Positions 9,779 through 21,124 of a stretch of DNA of 64,000 bases are shown one piece after another. Each line of letters begins with the position of its first letter. Position 1 is the first letter of the stretch. A program made the position numbers and the translations under genes. The notes beneath the pieces are model-generated. The model saw nothing but the letters and a program-made list of their open reading frames with translations, did no database searches and had not been told where the DNA came from. The DNA is from an uncultured bacterium (lineage in GTDB: Bacteria > Desulfobacterota_D > UBA1144 > Nemesobacterales > UBA2774), in the NCBI GenBank assembly GCA_963825135.1, contig CAWGRW010000009.1, positions 2,112,001 to 2,176,000 of the forward strand, written 5' to 3'.

Positions 9779-10576
9779 ATGTCCAAATCTACTTCGAGAC
9801 AGCACGGATGGACGTCGTCTTCGGAAAACCGGGAGCCCGTGCCCGAGCCCTCTTATGCGGAGCGAGTCAGGACACTCGTATACAGGAACAGAACAGGGAC
9901 GCTATCGACGAATTCTAAGAAGCACCCGGGCTCGCCCTTCGGCTCGCTCATGCCTTACGGGCTCGACGCCAAAGGGCGTCCTATACTCCTTATCAGCACC
10001 ATGGCCGTGCATACTCAAAACCTCGAGCGCGACCCGCATGCGAGTCTCTTTATATCGCAGACCGATACCCAGGGAGACCCGCTCGACGCATCGCGCGTTA
10101 CGCTGATCGGCGGGGTGTCGAAGGTCCCCGGGGGCGAGACCGGCGAGGCCAGGGAGCTTTATCTCTCCCGCTACAGAAACGCCAGCTACTGGGTCGATTT
10201 CGATGATTTCTTTTTCTACCGCATGGATATCGCGGATATTTATTTCGTGGGCGGCTTCGGCGCGATGGGGTGGGTGACCGCGGAAGAATATTACGGGGCC
10301 GGAGTCGATCCGCTCGCGGACGACTCTCAGGGGATAATCTGGCATATGAACGAGGATCACCGTGACGCGCTCTTACTACTCGCGAAGGGGTTCGCAGGAG
10401 TGAACGCGGAAGAGGCCTCGATGACGTCTGTCGACAGGTTAGGATTTCACTTGCGGCTCAGGGCGGGCTCCGAGGTGTTCAGCAGGCGGATCGGTTTTAT
10501 CAGGGAGGCGAGGAGCAAGGAGGAGGCCCGGGAAGTGATCGTGGAAATGGTGAGGCGCGTGAGGGAAGGAGAATAG
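9779..10576 (+). CDS. HugZ-like pyridoxamine 5'-phosphate oxidase-family protein with C-terminal DUF2470
   Basis: GTLST..PFGS, LLISTMAVHTQNL, VGGFG, HMNEDH and VDRLG motifs. Confidence 0.85.
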   Translation: MSKSTSRQHGWTSSSENREPVPEPSYAERVRTLVYRNRTGTLSTNSKKHPGSPFGSLMPYGLDAKGRPILLISTMAVHTQNLERDPHASLFISQTDTQGDPLDASRVTLIGGVSKVPGGETGEARELYLSRYRNASYWVDFDDFFFYRMDIADIYFVGGFGAMGWVTAEEYYGAGVDPLADDSQGIIWHMNEDHRDALLLLAKGFAGVNAEEASMTSVDRLGFHLRLRAGSEVFSRRIGFIREARSKEEAREVIVEMVRRVREGE

Positions 10577-10582
10577 CCCTTT

Positions 10583-11561
10583 ATGAGAAAAAGGAACGCT
10601 ATAATACTTGGCGCCGGGGTGTCGGGTCTTACATGCGGGGTCAGGCTATTGGAGCAGGGGGTTGATGTCAGGGATAGCCGCCTATTCGCTCCCCCCGAAT
10701 ACCACATCGGATGTCGCGCCGGCGTACTGGTATCCGTATAAGGTCGCGCCCCGGGACAGGGTGCTCGGCTGGGCGGCCTTTTCGTACGGGAGGTTCGTCA
10801 ATCTGAGCCTTATCCCCGAAACCGGCATCTCGATGTCCCCTCTGCTCAAGATATTCGATGAGAAAGTAGAAGAGCCGTTTTGGAAAACCGCGGTGAGTGC
10901 GTTCCGAAGGGCAGGGCCGGAGGAGCTTCCTCCGGGCTATGTGGACGGGTTCGTCACGGAAGTGCCGCGTATAGAGACCCCGGTATATATGCGGTACCTC
11001 CTCAATAGGTTTACTGAATTGGGTGGGGTATTGGAAAAGCTCGACAGGGAAGTGGTTTCCCTCGAGGATATTTCGGGAGACAGGCGGTTACTCATTAACT
11101 GTGCCGGGCTCGGAGCGGGGAAATTATGTCGAGACGAAAACACCTTTTCGATCCGCGGGCAGATAGTGTTGGTGAGGAATGTCGGTTTGAATCGTATTAT
11201 CAGCGTAGAATCGGGGAAGCTCGCCCCTATCTACATAGTGCCCCGGAACGAGGACTGTGTTCTCGGAGGGACAGCGGAAGAGAATGACTGGAATCTGAGT
11301 ATTGACCCCGAAACCTCTGACAAAATATTGGAGAAGTGCATCGCAATCGAGCCCCCGCTGGCAGATGCGGAGGTTATCGGCCATAGGGTCGGGCTCCGCC
11401 CTGGAAGGTCGGAGGTAAGGCTCGAGATCGAAGATCTGCCCGGCGGCAGGGCCCTAGTACACGACTACGGCCATGGTGGTGCGGGGTTTACGCTATCGTG
11501 GGGCTGCGCCGAGGAGGTGTATAAGCTCGCGGAGGATTTCTTTTCCCGAACCGGGAATTAA
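10583..11561 (+). CDS. D-amino-acid oxidase-family FAD oxidoreductase (+1 frameshift near 10672)
   Basis: The ATG at 10583 gives ILGAGVSGL; the downstream frame has TTSDVA, INCAGLGA, RGQ, GLRPGR and HDYGHGGAGFTLSWGCA. Confidence 0.88.
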
Positions 11562-11731
11562 TCACGGAATCTCCGCGTTATTCTTTCGATTGGATCAACC
11601 GTTAATGCAGTTTATACAAAGTATTTGGCGTTCTCCGTTAAAACATTAGACTCGGTGGTTGAAATGGTATCGAAAGATATACTGCCCGCTTTCAGGGATT
11701 GAGCGATCGGGGCTGATACCCGCGTAAAGTT

Positions 11732-12154
11732 TTATTCCTTGACGTTTGCCTGCTTCGCGACTTCAAGCTGCATTACGTTCTCGAGCACATCCGCCCAGTA
11801 GCGCCACCAGTAGGAGTTTTGCTTGTGCGCGTTCTTCTGGACGTCTGCCCACGATATCACCTGATGTATGTCTCCGTGAAAGAGGAAGAGCTTCTCTGCA
11901 GCGTCTTTGGCCTCATCCGGGTCGACCTGGATTTTATCGAGCTGTGTTTCTATCTGGTTTTTTATTTCGTCTATATACGGGCTTATCTTGTCGGAAAGCT
12001 CTTTTATCGCTTCGGTAGCCTGGATCAAGTCTCCTTCGAGGTCTTCCGAGTTTTTATTAATAACATCGACGAAGTCGAGGATTTTATCTGCGTTGAGTCT
12101 GGCTTTCGTGCTCTCTTTCGAAAGGTCTGTAAGCTCTTTAGCGTTAAGGGCCAT
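11732..12154 (-). CDS. Hypothetical helical/coiled-coil protein
   Basis: SD AGGAG; charged helical composition; YWWRYW near the C-terminus. Confidence 0.7.
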   Translation of the reverse strand: MALNAKELTDLSKESTKARLNADKILDFVDVINKNSEDLEGDLIQATEAIKELSDKISPYIDEIKNQIETQLDKIQVDPDEAKDAAEKLFLFHGDIHQVISWADVQKNAHKQNSYWWRYWADVLENVMQLEVAKQANVKE

Positions 12155-12224
12155 AATATTTCTCCTTTCTATGTTGTGTGGGAATTATAAGGTTAGCACT
12201 TTTTATCGAAAATAACAGTTTCGA

Positions 12225-12890
12225 TTAAGGGAGAATAGCCTTTAGCTCCTCGTCGGCCTGGGCTTTTTCTCCGAGCGCGGGTTCGAGCTCGATGGCCCTT
12301 TTCAGGTCTGAGACGGCCTTTTCGGGTTCACCCGCTCTGAGGAGAAGGCCCGCACGGTTATAGAGTGCGTCCGAGTAATCGGGGTCGATCTCGAGCGTCC
12401 TGTCGTAAGCCTTGAGCGCTCCTTTTAGCTTGTCCAGATTCTGGAGCGATACCGCCTTGTTATACCAGGCTTCGACGTAATTCCCCCGTATGGCTATAGC
12501 CCTGTCGTACGCCTCGATCGATTCGAGCTCTTTGCCTAACGCGCTGAGAGCGGCTCCCTTGTTGCACCATGCAACGGGGAAACCGGGATTCAGCTCTACA
12601 GCCTTAGCGGCGGCTTCGAGCGCGGCTTCGTATCTGCCAAGCCTCCCCAGAGCGGACGCCTTGTTGTTCCAGGCCTCTGCGTAACGCGGATTTATAGTTA
12701 ACGCATTGTCGTAGGCCCTGATTTCATCTTCCGTGCGGCCCATGACCGAGAACGTAATGCCCTTGTTGTACCAAGCCTCCGCGAAATCGGGGTTAAGCTC
12801 GATCGCTTTATCGAGCGCCTCGATCGCGCGGTCGAATTCGCCTTTGTAATAATAATCGGTCGCTTCTAATACGAGATCTTCGGGGTTCAT
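12225..12890 (-). CDS. Tetratricopeptide repeat protein
   Basis: Repeated AWYNKG...A..AYD.A..INP 34-aa units. Confidence 0.92.
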   Translation of the reverse strand: MNPEDLVLEATDYYYKGEFDRAIEALDKAIELNPDFAEAWYNKGITFSVMGRTEDEIRAYDNALTINPRYAEAWNNKASALGRLGRYEAALEAAAKAVELNPGFPVAWCNKGAALSALGKELESIEAYDRAIAIRGNYVEAWYNKAVSLQNLDKLKGALKAYDRTLEIDPDYSDALYNRAGLLLRAGEPEKAVSDLKRAIELEPALGEKAQADEELKAILP

Positions 12891-12900
12891 CGCATGTCCG

Positions 12901-13746
12901 TTACCTGACCGGCCTGTATACCACCAGTCCGGGCTTATTTTTCATGTATTCGCTCAGGTTTTCATCGACGACCTTTTGATTCTTTTCCTTCGATGACGCG
13001 TGCCTTAAGAAAGCCTTGCCGTTTTTCTTGATGACCATCCCTGAATGAGAGACGTCGAGACCTTCCTTCTCGGTGTATATGCCGACGAAGTCGCCGGTCA
13101 TAAGATTGCTCAAAACGGATGCGTCGAGTGCGTCCGAAGGTATATAGTAAATGGTCCTGCTTACTACGGGGATTCCCGGCAGGTAATACGTGCCGTCGCC
13201 TTTACGGTTCAGGTATTTCGATGCCTCCATTGTTTTATCTCCGCCCAGGGCTGAAGTCACGTCCTTTATATATGTGGAATTGTATACAGGCCAGTCGGAT
13301 AAGAAATGATTCCTGTTAGGAAACGCGACAACGCCGTTACGGTACCTTATCTTCCTGAGCGTGTCCTTAAATTCCGGGAACGACCCGGAAAGGCTCATGG
13401 CCTCGACGTAATCAATGAACGTGAAGCAGTCCATGCCCTCGAGGTCGATCGTGAATACTTCGGGGGTTTTAATGTCCCCGGTGAGTGTCGAGCCCGCGTA
13501 CGGCGTGCCGATAAATTTACCCGATATAAAATTTATCCGGTCGCCTGCGCCCCCGAGTTTCGAGGATTCGGTCATGATTTCGGTAAGGCCGCCCTCGGTC
13601 CATTTGCCGAGCTCGATAACCTCCGTCATGTTCTCACCTGCTCCTGCCTCGGCGTAAGCGACGAACGATGCGAGACAGCACACTACTGCCAATGTGATAG
13701 ATAGGATACGTAATTGCGAAAAAATCATATGCGGCCCTGTGCTCAT
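12901..13746 (-). CDS. DUF1460 / NlpC-P60-like N-acetylmuramoyl-L-alanine amidase
   Basis: Signal peptide; FIGTPY, DCFTFIDYVEA, RNHF, GLDVSH and RHASS motifs. Confidence 0.88.
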   Translation of the reverse strand: MSTGPHMIFSQLRILSITLAVVCCLASFVAYAEAGAGENMTEVIELGKWTEGGLTEIMTESSKLGGAGDRINFISGKFIGTPYAGSTLTGDIKTPEVFTIDLEGMDCFTFIDYVEAMSLSGSFPEFKDTLRKIRYRNGVVAFPNRNHFLSDWPVYNSTYIKDVTSALGGDKTMEASKYLNRKGDGTYYLPGIPVVSRTIYYIPSDALDASVLSNLMTGDFVGIYTEKEGLDVSHSGMVIKKNGKAFLRHASSKEKNQKVVDENLSEYMKNKPGLVVYRPVR

Positions 13747-13886
13747 GAAGACCTCTTTTGGTGATCGTAGAAGTGTACCAGTACGCCGGGCCTAAAGGAA
13801 CTGTCGGCCGTCATGAGAACGATGTGCCTTCACGGTCGTTTATATTGCAGTCCGCAAGCAGCGAGTTTAGCCCTATTGAATGTCTT

Positions 13887-15116
13887 TTATTCGAATACCT
13901 CGTCGAGCCAGTCAAGAGCGACGGCGGCTGCGTAAGAGGGGTTCCCCACCTGGCAGTGCGTGTCGGCTCCTTCTAATTCCGTGAACCGGTATTTCGTTAC
14001 GGGCCCCGAGACTTTTTCGGCGAACTCGTTAAATTGTTTCTCGGGCTCTCCCCCCTCGCCCGAGCCTTCGAGCGCGAGGCAAGGGCATTTGATGTTCTTC
14101 ACCACGGCGTCGCCAACGTTAAATTCCCTCAGATAAATGAACGTGTCCCTGAACGTGGGCTGTCCATAGCGCACGATCAGGTTCGTGGTCCTCGATTTCG
14201 CTTCCGGAGGGAACACATCGTCCGGGATATTGGGGATGTCCTCTAATGTGAAATTCCGGTCGTCCGGTATCTCCGCGGGGTCGTAGCCGATAAATGCGCT
14301 CAGGTAATCGTGCAGGTTCATTATGGGGGAGTTCGGGATGAGGGCCTTTATCCTGGGCTCGTGAGCAGCGGACCTCGCCGAAAAATATCCGCCGACGCTT
14401 ATTCCCATGAGGGCAAGCCTCGCGGGGTCTACCTCGGGTCTCTCGATAATAAAGTCAATTACGGTTTTCGTGACGTTCTCGAAATCGGGCTCGAAGTGTG
14501 TGTTCGCAAAAAACCTGTAAAGGTCCATCTGACCCGGCCCGGCATAGAGTACGACGTTGTATCCCCTTTCGAGAGCCGGATAGCCGTGCATCAAGTACTC
14601 CTCTTCGAGAGTGCCGTCGAATCCGCTCACGATGAGGAGTGTTTTCCTCTTCTGCGCTTCGGGGCTTGGTGTCATGATGTAGACGGGGAGATCGATATTT
14701 TTATAAGTCAGCATCTCTTCCTCGAAGGTATGCCAGACGTACTTCATGGCTTCGATGAAACAGTCGCGGGATTTTATACCGAGGTCCCTGTGCGCGGGGT
14801 CGAGGGGGCTGGTGTAATACTCGGCCGCGCGGAAGGAATTCGAGGCTTTAAAAAACAGGTCTCGGGCGCTCGTCGTGTGTCCCTTCGACGCGCGCTTGTG
14901 CGCGTCCTTCTGCTGCCACCGGGCGAGCTTCGCGAATTCGTCAACCCAGCTTTCCGGGTCTCCGTCCTTTATGCGCGCCGCGGTCGAGAGGCATTCGCCC
15001 ACGGACGCCCCTCCGAAAGAGGCTGAGCCCAATTGCCTCATGAGCTGAAAGTCCATTTCATCGTTCTCGAAACCCTTGACTCTGGTCTTGCTTCGGGTTA
15101 TTTCCGCCACGGTCAT
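13887..15116 (-). CDS. Alpha/beta hydrolase (2,6-dihydropseudooxynicotine hydrolase/FrsA-like)
   Basis: SGFDG, GPGQ, nucleophile GISVGG and C-terminal GADTHCQ. Confidence 0.88.
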   Translation of the reverse strand: MTVAEITRSKTRVKGFENDEMDFQLMRQLGSASFGGASVGECLSTAARIKDGDPESWVDEFAKLARWQQKDAHKRASKGHTTSARDLFFKASNSFRAAEYYTSPLDPAHRDLGIKSRDCFIEAMKYVWHTFEEEMLTYKNIDLPVYIMTPSPEAQKRKTLLIVSGFDGTLEEEYLMHGYPALERGYNVVLYAGPGQMDLYRFFANTHFEPDFENVTKTVIDFIIERPEVDPARLALMGISVGGYFSARSAAHEPRIKALIPNSPIMNLHDYLSAFIGYDPAEIPDDRNFTLEDIPNIPDDVFPPEAKSRTTNLIVRYGQPTFRDTFIYLREFNVGDAVVKNIKCPCLALEGSGEGGEPEKQFNEFAEKVSGPVTKYRFTELEGADTHCQVGNPSYAAAVALDWLDEVFE

Positions 15117-15228
15117 GCTCCGGGATGTGCTTTTTTCTGGTTCGAATATAGAAAACGCTAATTACTATACTGTTTCGACGAAGACATAACAACATTCTAG
15201 TTACCGCCCGCATTCGTTGCCTTAATCC

Positions 15229-15389
15229 TATACTGCTCCCCATTAAGAAGATAGTAGGACACTACAGTGGAAGAAGAGCTACAAGCAGAGAATGGCTGGA
15301 AGCCTTGCACCGGTTCAGGCGGAAGAAGAGTATTTTAGGAATCATATTTCCCGTTTAAACGCAGCTTGATAGAAATGGGGAGCAGTACA
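15229..15389 (+). mobile_element. Internally deleted IS3-family-like element (MITE-like, 161 bp)
   Basis: Terminal inverted repeats TATACTGCTCCCCATT / AATGGGGAGCAGTACA (15/16 match). The interior encodes PVQAEEEYFRNHISRLNAA*, resembling an IS3 transposase C-terminus. Confidence 0.65.
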
Positions 15390-15417
15390 ACTTTAATAAG
15401 AAATGCTGAGAGACAGA

Positions 15418-16275
15418 TTACTTTATCTCAGTCGCAAGGTCTAAAGTCCAGTATGTTTCCATTTTGCCCTTGAACTTACCTTTATCAACCCCGACCCCGA
15501 CATCTTCATAAGAAGGGTCCATTATGTTCGCACAGTGACCGGGGGAATTGAGCCATGCGTCCATAACAACAGCCTCGAGATCGAACCCGACCGCGATATT
15601 CTCCCCCCAGTTACTCGGGTCATAGCCTTCGTTCATGAGCCTGTCCCCCGGGTCTGAGCCGTCAGAGCCCTCATGGTCGAATAACTTGTTCTTGGCCATA
15701 TCGGTCGAGTGGCTGAGGGCGGCTGCCGCAACCCTGTCGTCCCAGTTAAGTGGAGGAGCCGCGGGGAAAAACGTATCGCCGCAGTTCCTTGCTTCCGCCC
15801 GGACGTTATTGATCAGATCGAGCATCATGACCTCGTTGTGCCCTTCACAACTAGTGAAGGCATGTAATCTTATTTGGTCCAGGCATTCATCTATACCGAG
15901 ACCGCCATTTAGAAAATCAGTTCCCCTACCACCTTTCAATGTATCATTGCCGGTCTTGCCTCTTAAAGTATCGGCTCCTGGTCCCCCAAAGAGCTGATCG
16001 TTTCCAGCTCCACCTATGATTAAATCATTACCTAATCCCCCGCATATTGTGTCGTCACCCCCGAGGCCCCTAATTACATCATTCCCAGCAAGTCCGACGA
16101 TGACATCCGGACCAGGCGTGCCGTCAATCATGTCATCAGCAGGCGTGCCTATGATTGTGGCTTCCAGACCGTTGCATTTGGGTTGAGCAAAAACTGAATC
16201 AGCGTACAATGCGCTGACGGCAAGCGATAGAAATAACAAAATAATCAACTTACTTAATCTCATGAAGATATTCAT
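15418..16275 (-). CDS. CAP (SCP) domain protein with RTX-like Ca-binding GGxGxD repeats
   Basis: Signal peptide; GGLGND/GGAGND/GGPGAD repeats; CAP motifs HSTDM, HEGSDG, GENIA and [11 protein letters not shown]. Confidence 0.9.
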   Translation of the reverse strand: MNIFMRLSKLIILLFLSLAVSALYADSVFAQPKCNGLEATIIGTPADDMIDGTPGPDVIVGLAGNDVIRGLGGDDTICGGLGNDLIIGGAGNDQLFGGPGADTLRGKTGNDTLKGGRGTDFLNGGLGIDECLDQIRLHAFTSCEGHNEVMMLDLINNVRAEARNCGDTFFPAAPPLNWDDRVAAAALSHSTDMAKNKLFDHEGSDGSDPGDRLMNEGYDPSNWGENIAVGFDLEAVVMDAWLNSPGHCANIMDPSYEDVGVGVDKGKFKGKMETYWTLDLATEIK

Positions 16276-16584
16276 GTACCCACACGCCTCATATGTAATA
16301 TTGGCCCATAACATAATTCTCCGATACTAATTCTAATGCTCTTAAATTATTTTTGTTGAAGTACTTACAAGCCCTTCGTATTTAGATTTATGTATAAATT
16401 ACTTTTCAGGCCAAATTATAACTAATGAGTATTATGCAATGTAATTTGAAATGACTTTTCTTGATTGCTGGGCTTGCTAAAATCGGATAAAGAGCTAAGC
16501 ATGATAGGGTGTTAACTTTCAAGAGTAAAGCAATATATAAAGTTATAGGAAGTTGCCACACACTTCAAAATCCCAACTTAAACC

Positions 16585-16610
16585 CAGCTTGACTAAAGGG
16601 GAGCAGTACA
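16585..16610 (+). mobile_element. Isolated second IS3-like right end
   Basis: CAGCTTGA..GGGGAGCAGTACA matches the right end at 15362-15389. Confidence 0.5.
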
Positions 16611-16670
16611 ATCCATATCTATCGGCTGACGCCGTAAGATATTCTTTGATTATGGTGTTATGATTTAAGT

Positions 16671-17015
16671 ATGAGATTAAAAGAGTTTTTTGATTCCATT
16701 ACGGATCGGCTCTACGGGGGAGCGGCGGTCAAGTCCGTTTACGGAGAGCCTATAGAGGCACAGGGGAAGACGATTATCCCTGTGGCCAAGGTCGTCTACG
16801 GCTTCGGCGGGGGATTCGGGGAGACTGGGAAAGATAATAAGAACGGGGCCGACAAAGAGGGCGGCGGCGCGGGGGCCGGGGTACGTGCAAAGCCCGTCGG
16901 GGTTATCGAGGTAACCGAAGAGAGCACCCGTTTCATCCCCTGCTGCGACGGAAGGAAGTACGCCGCGCTTCTGGCGCTGGGTTTTATTGCCGGATTTTTT
17001 ATCGGCAGAAGATGA
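16671..17015 (+). CDS. GerW/YtfJ-family protein
   Basis: VYGEPIEAQGKTIIPVAKV.YGFGGG...GGGAGAG...PVGVIEV. Confidence 0.85.
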   Translation: MRLKEFFDSITDRLYGGAAVKSVYGEPIEAQGKTIIPVAKVVYGFGGGFGETGKDNKNGADKEGGGAGAGVRAKPVGVIEVTEESTRFIPCCDGRKYAALLALGFIAGFFIGRR

Positions 17016-17052
17016 ATTCAGTTTACGGATTCATTATCAGTATCGCCGCGCT

Positions 17053-17487
17053 TCATTTCGTCTTCCTTTCCCCGATTATCGTTACGATCAATTTCCTCGG
17101 CCCGCCCTGGTTACGGTGCTCGCATAGGTAGATACCCTGCCAGGTGCCGAGATTGAGCCTGCCGTCCTTCACGGGGACCGTCACCGAGCTCCCGAGTATA
17201 GACGCCTTAATATGAGCCGGCATGTCGTCCGGGCCTTCGAGCGTATGCTCGTAGTAAGGGGCCTCTTCCGGGACATGTTTATTGAAATGGCTTTCGAAGT
17301 CCTCCCTCACTTCGGGTGAGACGTTTTCGTTTATCGTGAGTGAAGCGGAGGTATGGCATATGAATATATGCGCGATGCCGACCGGGTATTCGGATAGCTC
17401 CTTAATCTGCTCGACTATCTCGCGGGTGACGAGATGGAACCCGCGCCTTTTGGGGGAGAGCGTGATTTCTTTCTGTATGGTGTTCAT
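17053..17487 (-). CDS. yjbQ: YjbQ/UPF0047 secondary thiamine-phosphate synthase family
   Basis: HTSASLTINEN, EGPDDMPAHIK and LGTWQGIYLCEHR. Confidence 0.92.
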   Translation of the reverse strand: MNTIQKEITLSPKRRGFHLVTREIVEQIKELSEYPVGIAHIFICHTSASLTINENVSPEVREDFESHFNKHVPEEAPYYEHTLEGPDDMPAHIKASILGSSVTVPVKDGRLNLGTWQGIYLCEHRNQGGPRKLIVTIIGERKTK

Positions 17488-17510
17488 ATGCAGGGCAGGG
17501 GATTTTACTC

Positions 17511-17990
17511 TCAGCTCCCTTTTTCTTCGATGACGACTGCGCCGAGCCTCCGGGCGAGCCCTTGCGCGCCCCAGCTCATTACTATATCGTGGTTCCACTT
17601 AAAGAGCGGCCTCGCGAGGGGCGCTATGAGGTTCATCCAGGCTTTTGTCGTGTCCACACTCCAGTCATACCTGGCGGTGACGTATTCGCCCCGGTCTTTA
17701 ATATTCCAGACCCCGCGGCCCGAGAGCTCTCCCCGCGCGATCCCTTCAATAACGGTCATGGGCTCGACCCGCACGGTCTCCACGTCGAACTTGAGCCTGT
17801 AGGGGAGCGTGCTCTTCCACGTGTAGCGGCGTATGCTGCCTACGCCGAGGTCGTCCCCCTTTTTCAACTCCCTGACCTCTTCCACCCCCCTCCACCATTC
17901 CGGCCACTTCTCCGAATAATAGATTTCATTCCATACCTTATCCAGAGGGGCTTTCACGCGCCAGACTGTTATGAATTCATATGAAGGCAT
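17511..17990 (-). CDS. SRPBCC/polyketide cyclase-family protein
   Basis: YEFITVWRV.AP...VW, WPEWW, LPY.L.F, GEL.GRG.W and WNH..VM motifs. Confidence 0.85.
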   Translation of the reverse strand: MPSYEFITVWRVKAPLDKVWNEIYYSEKWPEWWRGVEEVRELKKGDDLGVGSIRRYTWKSTLPYRLKFDVETVRVEPMTVIEGIARGELSGRGVWNIKDRGEYVTARYDWSVDTTKAWMNLIAPLARPLFKWNHDIVMSWGAQGLARRLGAVVIEEKGS

Positions 17991-18039
17991 AATGTTACCG
18001 CGTCTATCATTAAGTATTTCGATGCACCAAGACGCGCGT

Positions 18040-18973
18040 TCAGTCAAAGCCGAAAATCAATTTCCCGACAGCGTCTGCCATAGCGTCGATAAATTTGGGG
18101 TCGTCGTTTACCGTCCTCGCGCGGAGGAGTTTTATTCCCGCTTCCTCCGCCGCTTCCTTCGCCTCTATACCGATGTCGAAGAGCACCTCCACGTGGTCGC
18201 AGAGGAACCCGATCGGCTGGACTACCGTATAGCGTACCCCTTCTTTTGCGATCTCCCGTATGACGTCGCATACGTCGGGCTCGAGCCACGGGTCCTGCGG
18301 GCGTCCGCTCCTGCTCTGATATACGAGCCTCCATCTATCGTGCTTAAGCTCTCTCAGCGATCAGACGCGCGGTTGTCATAAGCTGCTCCACGTATGGAGA
18401 GCTTTCCGCCATAGGAACGGGGACGCTGTGCGCGGAGAAAAGGACCATCGTGTCCTTCCTCTCCTCTGCGGGTATTTCGTCGAAGCATTCGGCTAGACGG
18501 TCGGCCAAGTCTTCGATAAAGAGGGGATGGTCGAAGAGGGGGGTGGTGTATTCGAACTCGATCACTACCCCTGTTTCGGCCATCGCTTCGACAACGTCCA
18601 TCTCGTACCGCTCCCAGCTCGCCTCGCACTGATGCGCGGCCATTATCATGCCTATTGCCTTTTTCACCCCGCGGGCGGCCATCTCTTTGAGCGTATCGGG
18701 GATGAACGGATGCCAGTTCCTCATTCCGACGAACACCGGAATTTCGATGCCGCCATCGGCGAGCCTGTTTTCGAGACCCTTTGCCTGCTTGTACGTGTAT
18801 TCGTTAATCGGGGACCTGCCGCCGATAAGCTCGTAATGGCGGGCGACTTCATCGAGCCTCTCTTTCGGTATGGGCCTTCCCTCGGCTACGAGCTCGAGGA
18901 AAGGGCGGATGTCTTCCGGTTTTTCGGGCCCCCCGTATCCAAGGAGCAGTATTGCGTCGAACTTATCTCGCAT
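18040..18973 (-). CDS. hemH: Ferrochelatase (+1 frameshift near 18350)
   Basis: LLLGYGGP, GMRNWHP and FSAHSVP; the shifted frame continues YQSRSG..PWLEPD..PIGFLCDHVEVLFD to a TGA at 18040. Confidence 0.92.
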
Positions 18974-19002
18974 AATAAAATCCTTCCTTGGTTTCGGCTT
19001 TC

Positions 19003-20962
19003 TTAAAGTTTTGCGGCCTGGTATTCGTGAACCGCGTCCACGAGCGCGAGCACGTTATCGACGGGCGTCCGCGGGAGTATGCCGTGGCCGAGGTTGAAAA
19101 TGTGTCCGGGCCTTCCCGAAGCCTTGTCCAGGATCTCTCCGGCTCTCTTTCTTATCTCGGAATGGCCTGCAAACAGGACTACCGGGTCGAGGTTCCCCTG
19201 TACCGCTACGTCGTATCCGACCCTCTTCCATGCGTCCGCCAGATCGACCCTCCAGTCAAACCCTATGACGGAGCTTCCGCATTCCTTCATCATATCGAGG
19301 AGCGTCGACGTTCCCGTGCCGAAATTTATTACGGGTACGCCTTTCTCGATCGAGCCTATGAGCTTTCTCATATGCGGCAAAACGTATTCTCTGTAATCGT
19401 CCGGCGACAGGCAGCCGACCCAGCTGTCGAAGAGCTGAACGGCGTCTGCGCCCGATGCTATCTGTCCGTTGAGGTATTTTCCGGTCGCGTCCGTTAGCTT
19501 CTCCATGAGGGTGTGCCATGCCTCCGGGTCCTTATACATGAGCTGTTTGGTGTTCTCGTAATTCCGCGAGCCCCCTCCCTCTATCACATAGGATGCCACT
19601 GTGAAGGGCGCGCCCGCGAATCCGATGAGCGCCTTTTCGGGGTCGAGAGCGCGGCGCGTAATTCCGACCGCTTCATACACGAACCTCATGGCCTCGGGCT
19701 CGAATTCCCGCATACGGTCTACGGCGTTTCCGGACCTTACAGGCCTTAAAATCCTGGGTCCTTCCCCTTTGGAGAATTCAAGCTCGATTCCGAGGGGTTC
19801 TATGATGAGCAGAATGTCCGAGAATATTATGGCCGCGTCGACGCTGAGCCTGTCCACGGCGCTCAGCGTAACCTCGGCCGCAAGCTCGGGCGTCTTGCAG
19901 AGATCGAGGAAAGTTACCTTCGCCCGGAGCTCCCTGTACTCCCGCATGAACCTTCCGGCCTGGCGCATGAGCCATATCGGGGTGAAATCGGTCTTCTCCC
20001 TCCGGCACGCCTTCATGAACGCAGAATTATATGTAATGTCCTTATTCGTTTTATCCTTATCGCTGTTCCAGACCATCTGAACGCGGCGCCAGCTGTTCGT
20101 ATCCACACCGTTTTTGCGGGCCGTCCTCTTCTTCCTGAGAAGCTCGCTCCCGCACCTCGCCATCTCGCGTATTAGGTTCCCCATCTTCGGACTGTCGGGC
20201 TCGTAATCGGCCGCGAGTCCGAACCTGGCGAGAGCCTCCGTCGTCGTCGGCCCTATGGAGCCTATTACAATGTCTTTGAATCCCTCATTGAGGCGGTCTT
20301 CGAGCCCCTCCTCGGATGCTATCTTGAACAGGTTGTAAATCTGCTGGGAGCTCGTGAAAAGCGAAATGTCTTCGTTCTTATCCGTTATAGACTTTATTGC
20401 TTCTCGAAGCGGTTTTGTATCTTCCGGAAGGTCCCACTTATATACGGGTACGGCTGTAACGTAAGCGCCGCGGTTTTTGAGCTCCTCCAGGAACTCTTCG
20501 TTCGAGATTCCGTACTCCTGGACCGCGACGTTCTTACCTCTCACGGCGAGCTCGGCGTCGAGTGTCGAGAGCACGTCGCGCCATGTGTTGGGCTCGGGGA
20601 CTGTGATGTCGGGATCGAGCCCGAGCTCCCTGAGAGCGGCTACGGGCTTCGGGCCGCGCGCCACGATCTTGGTTTTTGCCGAGGGCTTTGGTGAATTCAT
20701 CGAGAGGGTATTTTTTGGAGACGGCCTCCGCGAGCGAGCGAGCGCCGACGCCGGTCATGAAGATTACGATGTCGAATTTGTCCTGTAAGAGCTTTCCCGC
20801 GAATTTCAGGGCGTCCCCGGATTCTGATAGCGGGACCTCCCTCATGGAAGGCGCCACCCTCGGCACCCCTCCGTGATAGAGTATCAGCTTCTCTATCTCC
20901 TTCGCTCTCCGGCTTTCAAACGCCGTGACCCTGAGTCCGTCGAATGAAAAATTACTCGTCAT
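19003..20962 (-). CDS. hemD-hemE: Fused uroporphyrinogen-III synthase (HemD) / uroporphyrinogen decarboxylase (HemE); +1 frameshift near 20675 inside the HemD part
   Basis: HemD: FESRRA, MTGVG, ARGPKP, LFTSSQQ and SIGPTT. HemE: WLMRQAGR, AAIIFSDIL, GFAGAPFT and IFNLGHG. The HemD-HemE junction is in frame. Confidence 0.9.
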
Positions 20963-21124
20963 TTTGGCTGGTTATAAATATATATCTGAGTTTATCACAG
21001 GAGCGAAAACGGTCAATTTCGGAAGAGGCCGGATCGGGCAGAGCGACCGTAATCACGCCCGCTTGATATTAAACCCCTTATTTCATATAATCCCCTTTAC
21101 ACCAATTAACTCCGGAGACGAAAA

